Positions 9,450 through 17,577 of a stretch of 32,000 nucleotides of DNA are shown here, one piece after another. Made by a program: the position numbers and the translations under genes. Every line of letters begins with the position of its first letter. Within the stretch, counting starts at the first letter, position 1. Source of the stretch: Synechococcus elongatus PCC 6301 (GTDB lineage Bacteria > Cyanobacteriota > Cyanobacteriia > Synechococcales > Synechococcaceae); the NCBI RefSeq assembly GCF_000010065.1, contig NC_006576.1:2340001-2372000 (forward strand), written 5' to 3'. The notes under the pieces were generated by a model that was not told where the DNA came from, searched no databases, and was given only the letters and a program-made list of their open reading frames with translations.

Positions 9450-10529
9450 ATGATTGGCTACATCATCCTGCTGGTCTGCACGATCGCGTTGTTTGCCCTG
9501 TTCTATGTGGGGCTGAATTTGCACTGGGGCTATACGGGGTTGCTCAACTTTGGCCATGTGGCTTTTCTGCTGATTGGGGCCTACAGTGTTTCCCTGCTGG
9601 CGCAGCAGGGCTGGCCGCTCTGGCTCGCCGCGATCGCAGGAGTGACTCTAGCGGCTCTCTTGGGCTTGGTGATGGGAGTGGCGAGCTTGCGACTGAGTCA
9701 GGATTACCTCGGCATCGTCACGGTTGGACTAGCGGAAGTACTGCGCATTTTTGTCCAAAACGAAACGGGCTTGACTCAAGGCAGCTTTGGCGTTCAGGCT
9801 TATCCGATCATTCTGCAGGGCTGGGAACCGCCAATCTGGCAAACTCATTTACTGGTTGTGGGGCTGCTGGCGATCGCTGCTTGGGGCTATTGGCAACTGT
9901 GGCAGTGGTGGCGCAGTAGCGCGAGTCGGGGGAAACATTGGCTGGCGATCGTCGCCCTAGGGAGCAGTCTGATCGTTCTGCCGCCTGCGGCCTTGGGACT
10001 AGCGGACTATGAACGCTATCCGCGCTCGGGGCAAATGCTGCTGTTGCTGGGGGCGCTCTGGCTGACAGTCGCAGCGGTTGACCGCTTGGTGCGATCGCCC
10101 TGGGGGCGGGTGCTCAAGGCGATTCGCGAAGATGAAACGGTGGCGATCGCCCTCGGGAAGAATGTCCTGTCCTACAAGCTGCAATCCTTGGCACTGGGCG
10201 GGGCGATCGCGGGGCTAGCTGGAGTGTTCTATGCTTGGCAACTCACCGCCATCTACCCCGATAATTTCCGGCCTCAGCTGACCTTTGACGTCTGGACGAT
10301 GCTGGTACTGGGTGGGACTGCCCACCGGTTTGGACCTGTCCTAGGCGCAGCGGTGTTTTGGCTCTACGACAGTCTGACGCGATTTCTCCTCCCGGCGATC
10401 CTACCTTTGGATGGATCGCAGATTGGTGCCTTGCGAATTGCCTTGGTGGGACTGTTGTTAATGGCCTTGATGATTTGGCGCCCCCAAGGCATCTTGGGAC
10501 GACGGGAGGAACTGAGTCTTGGCCGCTGA
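9450..10529 (+). CDS. Branched-chain/neutral amino-acid ABC transporter permease, LivM/NatC type
   Basis: Polytopic membrane protein. MIGYIILL...LNLHWGYTGLLNFGHVAFLLIGAY is the LivM-family signature. ATG 9450 is preferred over the ORF-track TTG at 9372. Confidence 0.85.
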   Translation: MIGYIILLVCTIALFALFYVGLNLHWGYTGLLNFGHVAFLLIGAYSVSLLAQQGWPLWLAAIAGVTLAALLGLVMGVASLRLSQDYLGIVTVGLAEVLRIFVQNETGLTQGSFGVQAYPIILQGWEPPIWQTHLLVVGLLAIAAWGYWQLWQWWRSSASRGKHWLAIVALGSSLIVLPPAALGLADYERYPRSGQMLLLLGALWLTVAAVDRLVRSPWGRVLKAIREDETVAIALGKNVLSYKLQSLALGGAIAGLAGVFYAWQLTAIYPDNFRPQLTFDVWTMLVLGGTAHRFGPVLGAAVFWLYDSLTRFLLPAILPLDGSQIGALRIALVGLLLMALMIWRPQGILGRREELSLGR

Positions 10530-11295
10530 GTCTTGGCTATTGGAAGCTGAAGGACTGAGTAAGCGCTTTGGCGGCTTGCAGGCGGTTCAGGATGTGCGGC
10601 TGCAGGTGGCTGAGGGGACAATCACCGGTTTGATTGGTCCGAACGGAGCGGGCAAGTCCACCCTATTTGCCCTGCTCTCGAACTTCCTCAAGGCAGATGC
10701 CGGAAAGGTGCGGTTTCGGGGCCGTGCGATCGAGAAGCTGCAGCCCTACCAATTGGCGCAGTTAGGTCTGGTGCGGACGTTTCAGGTGGCGCGATCGCTC
10801 TCCCGCCTGACGGTGCTAGAGAACATGTTGCTGGGCGGGCAACAACAGCGCGGGGAAAAGTTTTGGCAGGTTTGGCTCCACCCCCAAGCGATTCGTCGTC
10901 AAGAGCAAGAGCTGCGCGATCGCGCGTTCTCCCTCCTCAGTGATGTGGGGTTGGCTGCTAAAGCGCAGGACTACGCCGGCAGTCTTTCGGGTGGGCAACG
11001 CAAACTACTAGAAATGGCGCGAGCGCTAATGGCGCAGCCGCAGCTCGTGCTGTTGGATGAACCGGCCGCCGGGGTCAACCCAGCACTGATCGAAAAAATC
11101 TGTGATCACATCCAAACCTGGAATCAGCAGGGTATTAGTTTCTTGATCATCGAACACAATATGGACGTGATCATGTCGCTCTGCGATCGCGTTTGGGTGT
11201 TGGCCGAGGGCAAAAACCTTGTGGATGGTCCGCCTGCCCAGATTCAACAGGATGAACAGGTTTTGGCAGCCTATTTGGGACTGGAACTTGCCTGA
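10519..11295 (+). CDS. ABC transporter ATP-binding protein, LivG/NatA type
   Basis: Walker A GPNGAGKST, ABC signature LSGGQRKLLE, Walker B LVLLDEPAAG. The TTG start at 10519 overlaps the permease stop (10527-10529). A start at TTG 10540 is also possible. Confidence 0.9.
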   Translation: MAAESWLLEAEGLSKRFGGLQAVQDVRLQVAEGTITGLIGPNGAGKSTLFALLSNFLKADAGKVRFRGRAIEKLQPYQLAQLGLVRTFQVARSLSRLTVLENMLLGGQQQRGEKFWQVWLHPQAIRRQEQELRDRAFSLLSDVGLAAKAQDYAGSLSGGQRKLLEMARALMAQPQLVLLDEPAAGVNPALIEKICDHIQTWNQQGISFLIIEHNMDVIMSLCDRVWVLAEGKNLVDGPPAQIQQDEQVLAAYLGLELA

Positions 11296-12080
11296 ACGGA
11301 GTCTTGGCAGTGGGAACAGGTTGTTGCGACCACAGGCTGACCACAGGCTGGGCAGAGTTGATGCTGGGGTGTTTGGAGCTGGCGATCGACGGCAATTCGC
11401 TCATCAAAAACGAAGCAGTCCCCTTGCCAGTGATTCTCTTCTGGCGCGATCGCTTCCAGATAGTTAAGAATTCCGCCTTCTAGCTGATAAACCGTTTCGA
11501 TACCCTGTTCTAGGAGATAGGCAGAGGCCTTCTCACAACGGATACCGCCAGTGCAAAACATGGCAACCTTCGCTGGCGGCTGCGGTAAGAGTTGCTCTTG
11601 CACAAAGCGTGGAAAGTCACGGAAGCGATCGGTCTGAGGATCGATTGCCCGAGGGAAACTACCGAGAGCAATCTCAAAGCGGTTGCGCACATCAATCAGC
11701 ACAACCTCAGGGTCTTGTAGCAATTGGTTCCAGTCCTGGGGGGCGACGAGGGTGCCTGTCCGTTCTGCTGGGTTCAATTCGGGACAACCCAAACTGACAA
11801 TCTCAGGTTTCACCTTCACCTTGAGTCGGGCAAAAGGCCAATCGGTGACCGTGGCAGATTTGAAGCTGAGGTTGGCGAAGGGAGGATGCTGCTGGAGTTC
11901 CGACAGGAATTGAGCGATCGCTTCAGTGTTGCCCGCTAAGCCGGCGTTAATGCCTTCAGGGGCCAGCAAAATCGTGCCTCGTAAGCCCAGCGCCGTGCAG
12001 AGATCCTGCAGCCACTGTCGCCAGCGATCGCAGTCTCCAAGCGCAACGAAACGATAGAAGTTGATGAGAACGAGGCTCAT
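11271..12080 (-). CDS. trhO: Rhodanese-domain protein of the UPF0176/YceA family (tRNA uridine-34 hydroxylase TrhO)
   Basis: N-terminal FYRF...GTILLAPEGINAGLAG and the rhodanese active-site loop FCTGGIRCEKAS. A C-terminal Cys cluster is present (CPACG...CSHC). Its ATG overlaps the stop of the upstream NYN gene (ATGA at 12080-12077). Confidence 0.8.
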   Translation of the reverse strand: MSLVLINFYRFVALGDCDRWRQWLQDLCTALGLRGTILLAPEGINAGLAGNTEAIAQFLSELQQHPPFANLSFKSATVTDWPFARLKVKVKPEIVSLGCPELNPAERTGTLVAPQDWNQLLQDPEVVLIDVRNRFEIALGSFPRAIDPQTDRFRDFPRFVQEQLLPQPPAKVAMFCTGGIRCEKASAYLLEQGIETVYQLEGGILNYLEAIAPEENHWQGDCFVFDERIAVDRQLQTPQHQLCPACGQPVVATTCSHCQDSVQASSSPK

Positions 12081-12637
12081 GCCGGAGCAATGACGGGAGC
12101 ACTGACAAACGGTTCAGGGCGCTCAGTCTTTTCGATAAAACTGCGAATATCGTTCAGATCGATGTAGCGATCAGTGGCATTCCGTAACTCACGCGCGATC
12201 ATGCCATCGGTCGATACGACAGTGATGTGAGTCTGCTTGGCGCGCAGCAGTTCAATGGCACGCTCGAAATCACCATCGCCACTGAAGAGCACAATTTCAT
12301 CATATTGCTCAACCGTATTGAACATATCAATAACGATTTCAATATCTAAGTTAGCTCTCTGAAAATAACGATTGCCGTTGGACTCATCATGAAACTCCTT
12401 CAGCATTTTCGTCCGCACGGTATAGCCTAAGCTAACTAGTGCGTCCCGAAACCCCCGTTGATCTTGGGGATCTTTGAGACCGGTATACCAATAAGCGTTA
12501 ACCAGCTCAATTTCTGGTCGATTCGCAAAATAGTTCAGCACTCGACGAGGATCAAAGAACCAACCGTTCTTTTGCTGTGCATAGAACATATTATTACCAT
12601 CAATGAAGATGGCCAAGCGACTAGGGCGAAATGCCAT
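12077..12637 (-). CDS. labA: NYN-domain (LabA-like, PIN-related predicted RNase) protein
   Basis: 186 aa. Acidic NYN/PIN motifs are intact (LAIFIDGNNMFY, LFSGDGDFERA). The labA symbol is assigned from organism context and my recollection of the gene-order distance from psbU in S. elongatus PCC 7942. It needs alignment to confirm. Confidence 0.7.
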   Translation of the reverse strand: MAFRPSRLAIFIDGNNMFYAQQKNGWFFDPRRVLNYFANRPEIELVNAYWYTGLKDPQDQRGFRDALVSLGYTVRTKMLKEFHDESNGNRYFQRANLDIEIVIDMFNTVEQYDEIVLFSGDGDFERAIELLRAKQTHITVVSTDGMIARELRNATDRYIDLNDIRSFIEKTERPEPFVSAPVIAPA

Positions 12638-12794
12638 AAAGTCTTGCCTTTAACAATCAGCGAAAGGTTACTAGCCTTACAACCATCCTATAAATTTGCT
12701 GACCACGCAATTACCAACTGGGTTGTCAGGTCTTGGTGAGTCGAGGGCTGAGGGGCTGTCAGGATGGTAACAGGAATCGTCTTTTGGGTAGAGC

Positions 12795-13301
12795 CTAGTT
12801 GCTGGGACTGAGGGTTGGAAGGGGGGTGGTCTCAGTCAAGCCTGGCGTTGGTGACTGACGACTGGTGTACCAAAAACCGACGATAACTCCCGCGATCGCG
12901 GCGAGAACTATCATCCCGATGAGGCGGTGGCGGTAAGGCTGCGGGACGGTCTTGATTGGTCGCTGTTCAGCTCTGACTGAGGCGGTTGGTGGTTGGTAGC
13001 CTGCGGTGAGGGTCTCTGCGAGCCGTAGGTTAGTTTGCCAGACTAGCTTGCCCTGGGCGGTACAACCCTGGATTTGCACCATCGATACAGGAATCTGCAG
13101 TTGGTGCAGGACCTCTGTCAGATACGGGCGCAGGAGGATCTGCTGCTCGGCCGTGACTCCCTTCAGCCTAAGCTGTAGTCCCGTCGAGGTTTTCTGCCCG
13201 CTGACGGTCACGCCTTGGGGCCGCAACTGGGTATCGAGGAGTGCGGCAATGCTGTTAGCGTCCCCTTGCTGGGCTCTTTCGAGCGACTCCGTCATCCGCA
13301 T
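12795..13301 (-). CDS. Hypothetical protein with a C-terminal transmembrane anchor
   Basis: The ORF is open from TTG 13406. An ATG at 13301 (MRMTESLERAQQGD) is preceded by GAGG 8 nt upstream, and I prefer it. One hydrophobic helix (LIGMIVLAAIAGVIVGFWY) is followed by a Pro/Thr/Ser tail. I recognise no domain. Confidence 0.55.
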   Translation of the reverse strand: MRMTESLERAQQGDANSIAALLDTQLRPQGVTVSGQKTSTGLQLRLKGVTAEQQILLRPYLTEVLHQLQIPVSMVQIQGCTAQGKLVWQTNLRLAETLTAGYQPPTASVRAEQRPIKTVPQPYRHRLIGMIVLAAIAGVIVGFWYTSRQSPTPGLTETTPLPTLSPSN

Positions 13302-13466
13302 CTGATCACCCTCAGTAAAAGCACTTGGCAGTAACGTACACAGATCGCTGAGCAGTATTGCAAGGCAATAGGCGATCAGGAACTTTATCGATAGAATCTG
13401 GGGCAAAGCGGTGATCCCCGTTGATCCCCAGCGAGCGATCGCCAGTCGCTAAGGAATGATTTCCCT

Positions 13467-15062
13467 ATGAGCCTTGGATATCTTGCCCTAGTTCTGCACG
13501 CCCACCTACCCTTTGTGCGGCATCCCGAAAGTGACTATGTCTTAGAAGAAGAATGGCTCTATGAGGCCATCACTGAAACCTATGTGCCGCTGCTCTTGAT
13601 GTTTGAGGGGCTGCAGCGGGATGGGGTGGATTTCAAGCTGACGATGAGTATGACGCCGCCCCTGGTGTCGATGCTTCGCGATCCCCTGCTGCAAGAGCGC
13701 TACAGCAAGCACCTCGATCAATTGATCGAGCTGGCAGAAAAAGAGGTTGACCACCATAGCCAGAATGGCCACCTGCGTTATTTGGCGGAGTACTACGTCG
13801 AAGAGTTCACACGGGTTCGTGAGACCTGGGAACGCTGCGATCGCGACCTCGTGTTGGCTTTAAAGCCCTTCCTGGAAAGCAACAACCTCGAAATCATTAC
13901 CTGCGGAGCGACCCACGGCTATCTGCCGCTGATGCAGATGTATCCGCAGGCGGTCTGGGCTCAAATTCAGGTCGCCTGCCAGCACTACGAAGAAAACTTT
14001 GGGCGACCGGCGAAAGGGATCTGGCTGCCAGAGTGCGCTTACTACGAAGGAGTAGAGCGGATGCTAGCGGATGCTGGTCTCCGCTATTTCATCATGGATG
14101 GCCATGGCTTGCTCTATGCCCGCCCACGGCCACGGTTTGGCACCTATGCCCCGATTTTCACTGAGACTGGCGTGGCGGCCTTTGGACGCGACCATGAGTC
14201 TTCCCAGCAAGTTTGGTCCTCGGAAGTGGGCTATCCGGGCGCAGCTGAATATCGCGAGTTTTATAAAGACTTAGGTTGGGAAGCCGAGTACGAATACATT
14301 AAGCCCTACATCATGCCGAATGGGCAGCGTAAAAATACCGGCATTAAATATCACAAAATCACAGGTCGTGGCCTCAGCTTGCATGAGAAAGCACTCTACG
14401 ATCCCTATTGGGCACGAGAGAAAGCCGCTGAACATGCTGCCAACTTTATGTTTAATCGGCAACGGCAAATCTCTCACCTGAGCAGCATGATGGGCCGTCC
14501 GCCGATTGTGCTCTCGCCCTACGACGCTGAACTCTATGGCCACTGGTGGTACGAAGGCCCTTGGTTCTTAGATTACCTATTCCGCAAGACTTGGTTTGAC
14601 CAAAACCAGTTCTCAATGACCCATTTGGCCGACTATTTACGACAGCATCCTCAACAACAAGTTGCTCGCCCGAGTCAATCGAGCTGGGGCTTTAAGGGTT
14701 TCCATGAGTATTGGCTCAACGATACGAATGCTTGGATCTATCCCTATTTGCATAAGGCGGCAGAGCGGATGATTGAGCTAAGCCGTCGCGAGCCTGTTGA
14801 TGAGTTGGAATGGCGAGCTTTAAATCAGGCAGCACGGGAATTGCTGTTAGCACAATCCTCGGACTGGGCGTTCATCATGCGAACAGGAACAATGGTGCCC
14901 TATGCTGTGCGACGCACTCGAGTTCATCTGCAGCGATTCACTAAGCTCTACGATGATATTCTGGCTGGAAAAATTGACTCAGGCTGGCTTGAAAAGGTAG
15001 CAGCGATCGATAATATCTTCCCATCCATAAACTACCGAGTATATCGGCCTCTCGATGGCTAA
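13467..15062 (+). CDS. Glycoside hydrolase family 57 protein (GH57 alpha-glucan branching-enzyme type)
   Basis: 531 aa. GH57 conserved regions are present: LVLHAHLPFVRHPE, GIWLPECAYYEG (nucleophile Glu region), SPYDAELYGHWWYEGPWFL. Confidence 0.85.
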   Translation: MSLGYLALVLHAHLPFVRHPESDYVLEEEWLYEAITETYVPLLLMFEGLQRDGVDFKLTMSMTPPLVSMLRDPLLQERYSKHLDQLIELAEKEVDHHSQNGHLRYLAEYYVEEFTRVRETWERCDRDLVLALKPFLESNNLEIITCGATHGYLPLMQMYPQAVWAQIQVACQHYEENFGRPAKGIWLPECAYYEGVERMLADAGLRYFIMDGHGLLYARPRPRFGTYAPIFTETGVAAFGRDHESSQQVWSSEVGYPGAAEYREFYKDLGWEAEYEYIKPYIMPNGQRKNTGIKYHKITGRGLSLHEKALYDPYWAREKAAEHAANFMFNRQRQISHLSSMMGRPPIVLSPYDAELYGHWWYEGPWFLDYLFRKTWFDQNQFSMTHLADYLRQHPQQQVARPSQSSWGFKGFHEYWLNDTNAWIYPYLHKAAERMIELSRREPVDELEWRALNQAARELLLAQSSDWAFIMRTGTMVPYAVRRTRVHLQRFTKLYDDILAGKIDSGWLEKVAAIDNIFPSINYRVYRPLDG

Positions 15063-15081
15063 GTAATGCTGGATTCGCTGG

Positions 15082-15106
15082 GCTGACTAGGTAAGAATAA
15101 GTCAGC
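15082..15106. terminator. Short hairpin downstream of the GH57 gene
   Basis: GCTGACT (15082-15088) pairs with AGTCAGC (15100-15106), with an 11-nt loop. There is no U-tract, so a terminator function is tentative. Confidence 0.3.
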
Positions 15107-15129
15107 TCAGTGAGCCGACAGGCAATACA

Positions 15130-15155
15130 ATAACGCTTGCTTAAGCAAGCGTTAT
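15130..15155. terminator. 26-nt perfect palindrome between the convergent GH57 and methyltransferase genes
   Basis: ATAACGCTTGC-TTAA-GCAAGCGTTAT gives an 11-bp perfect stem. It lies 2 nt from the methyltransferase stop (15158-15160). Flanking T-tracts are weak on both strands. Confidence 0.4.
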
Positions 15156-15157
15156 AT

Positions 15158-16210
15158 TCAGGTTCTTGGAGAAATGCCAACTACTAGATTGCCGCGTAAC
15201 GATCGCGATCGCTGATGGTCATGGTCCCAGCAGCTGGAATAGTAGCCCCAGTTGAGGGTGCCCCCTGCCGCCAGAATCAGCTGATCAAGCTCATAGGCGC
15301 TGTATTCACGATAGTGATAATGACCGTCCCAGTTCCCCGCAAAGCCTGGATGGTAAGGCTGGGGGTTTCTCCCTTGAGTGATCGGTAGAAGATTTTCAGA
15401 CCGGAAATAGTTGGGAGTGCTGAGAATCAGTTGCCCCGATGGCTTTAAACGGGTTAATAAAAACTGTAGGACGACTTGGGGATCAGCACAAAGATGCTCG
15501 AGGACTTCTGTAAAAATGATGCAGTCATAAAGACCTTGTTCTGGTAATTTATCGGCTTGATCAATGTGCTCTAGATCGATCGCAAAATACTGATCAATTT
15601 GAAATTTCTGGCGACATTTAGCCTCAGTAAAGCCAATATAGTCATCTGCGACAGGGCGATCGCTCAAGTCAAGAGTTAACTTTTCAAATAAGCGGGGATA
15701 AAGTGCAGAAGCTTCTGAGTTGCCGAATTCTAGAAGCCTAGCAGGGCGATCGCCAATCACAAATTCAACCGCATTGAAGAGTTCCCAAAAGCGACCTTGA
15801 TGAACTTTGAGATAGTCCTCTTGGCCGATAATCAACTCGCCCTTCAATAGTGATTGCCAGAATTGTTGGAAGTGAGTCAAATCTAATCGAGGGTCTTGCA
15901 CAAATGGTGGCTCAGGCCACGCAGTATAGGCACGATCGGCAAGGATTCGCCAAATCTCTTGATCATCAATGATTGTGGAAGGAGGCTCTGGTTTAAAGGG
16001 CTGAAGGACTTGAGAAACAGTTGCTCCCTGGGTAAATGCCCTTTGAAAGCTTGCTAGCAGCTGGGCACTAGGGCTTTGGTCTGTGATGATTTGATAAGCA
16101 GCGATCGCAATCTGCAAAGAGTTAGCTCTGCGATCAGGAGTTCGGAATAAGCGATCGCGAATTTTCTTGATCTTTTTCTTGAGTCGGCTCAGGGGCATTT
16201 GTCGATTCAA
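15158..16210 (-). CDS. Class I SAM-dependent methyltransferase with an uncharacterised N-terminal domain of about 140 aa
   Basis: MTase motifs are present: LLEFGNSEAS (degenerate motif I), DCIIFTEVLEHL, LKPSGQLILSTPN. The ORF-track start is TTG 16210. ATG 16198 (MPLSRLKKK) is an alternative. Confidence 0.75.
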   Translation of the reverse strand: MNRQMPLSRLKKKIKKIRDRLFRTPDRRANSLQIAIAAYQIITDQSPSAQLLASFQRAFTQGATVSQVLQPFKPEPPSTIIDDQEIWRILADRAYTAWPEPPFVQDPRLDLTHFQQFWQSLLKGELIIGQEDYLKVHQGRFWELFNAVEFVIGDRPARLLEFGNSEASALYPRLFEKLTLDLSDRPVADDYIGFTEAKCRQKFQIDQYFAIDLEHIDQADKLPEQGLYDCIIFTEVLEHLCADPQVVLQFLLTRLKPSGQLILSTPNYFRSENLLPITQGRNPQPYHPGFAGNWDGHYHYREYSAYELDQLILAAGGTLNWGYYSSCWDHDHQRSRSLRGNLVVGISPRT

Positions 16211-16232
16211 TCTCGTTAGCTGCCGAACAGCT

Positions 16233-17528
16233 TCAGGATATCAGTGACTGTAGAACCTGCTGGATCTGTTGCTGAACTTGTCCATCAGCAAAAGCCTGGA
16301 TTTGCTGTGTGGCTCGCGAGCGTAACTCTGACAGCTGAGCAGGATAGCAACCCAATTGAATTAGTTGATCAGCAACTTCGAGGGGATGCTGAGGATTCGC
16401 ATAGGTGGCCGCAGCCCCCATCACTTCACGCAAAACGGGAATATTGGCTAAGAGGCTTGAGCGTCCACAGAGGGCAGCTTCAATCATGGGAATTCCGAAG
16501 CCTTCCTGCCATGAAAGGAACGTTAAGGCACGACAATGGCGCAACAGACAAATTTTCTCTGCTTCAGTGAGATAGCCAGTCCAAAGAATCTGATCAGTCG
16601 AACGAGATCGTTGCTGCAACTGCTGGGCATAGTCTTGCGTATGAACATCTGCTGTCCCGCCAATCACCAGAGGTAACTGAGTTCTAAGGACAGCTACCTG
16701 TTGAGCAGCGATCAGCGTTTCTAAGTTTTTGCGAGGTTCGATCGCTCCAACAAAGAAAAAATAGCGATCGCGTTCTAATCCATAGCGTCGGAGAACTGCG
16801 GCTGCGAAGTCAGGGCGATCGGTAAGGGCGAGGGCTTCTGCTGAAAAACTGACAGGCTGATAAAGGGTTAGTGTTCGGGATTCCGCCTGTGGGAACAACT
16901 CGAGGAATTGCTGGCGAGTCGTTTCAGACAGACAAATGATGCGATCGCTATAATCTGCGGTTGCTTGTAATCGTCTGAGAAAGGTCACTGCTTCATCGGG
17001 ATGTCGTAAATAGTTTAAGGGAATTAAATCGTGAATGACTTGAATCAGTCGGCTACTTGAGGACACTCTAAGATTTAACGGTGAGCTGGTTAGGACGACA
17101 GGATAGTTCTTAGTCTTAAGAAAGAAAGGGCGATCGCTGATTTTTGCCTGTAGTCGTAACTTGCGATAGAAAAATGGATGATTGATGAGTTGATCAATCT
17201 GCTGAAGATATTGGATGCGATCGCCAATGATTAAGTTTGAATCTACTTTGATTGGTGTTTGCCGCGATCGCCCTAGTCGCTCAGCAAAGTAAGACTGCGC
17301 GAGCTGAATCCGTGACCAGTTAGACGGTTGATCAAGATGGCGATGGAGACTTAGGCTAGCCAAACGGCCCTGCGCTAAACCTCCTGCACCTGTCAATAGA
17401 TGGAGGGGGTAACCACTCTGGTGCAGTAGGCGAATCATCGCCTTCGCATAGGTTGCAATCCCTCGATGGATTGGCCCCTCTAGATCGAGTCCATAGGCTA
17501 GAAGTAGAGGAGGGAAATTAGTCATCAA
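16233..17528 (-). CDS. Glycosyltransferase, GT4-like (431 aa)
   Basis: The C-terminal GT-B half contains FFFVGAIEPRKN and the E-x7-E region QEGFGIPMIEAALCGRS. Confidence 0.85.
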   Translation of the reverse strand: MMTNFPPLLLAYGLDLEGPIHRGIATYAKAMIRLLHQSGYPLHLLTGAGGLAQGRLASLSLHRHLDQPSNWSRIQLAQSYFAERLGRSRQTPIKVDSNLIIGDRIQYLQQIDQLINHPFFYRKLRLQAKISDRPFFLKTKNYPVVLTSSPLNLRVSSSSRLIQVIHDLIPLNYLRHPDEAVTFLRRLQATADYSDRIICLSETTRQQFLELFPQAESRTLTLYQPVSFSAEALALTDRPDFAAAVLRRYGLERDRYFFFVGAIEPRKNLETLIAAQQVAVLRTQLPLVIGGTADVHTQDYAQQLQQRSRSTDQILWTGYLTEAEKICLLRHCRALTFLSWQEGFGIPMIEAALCGRSSLLANIPVLREVMGAAATYANPQHPLEVADQLIQLGCYPAQLSELRSRATQQIQAFADGQVQQQIQQVLQSLIS

Positions 17529-17577
17529 AATACTTGTGCTTGGTACTAAAATTGGTTGCTAGACTATCACTAAATAT

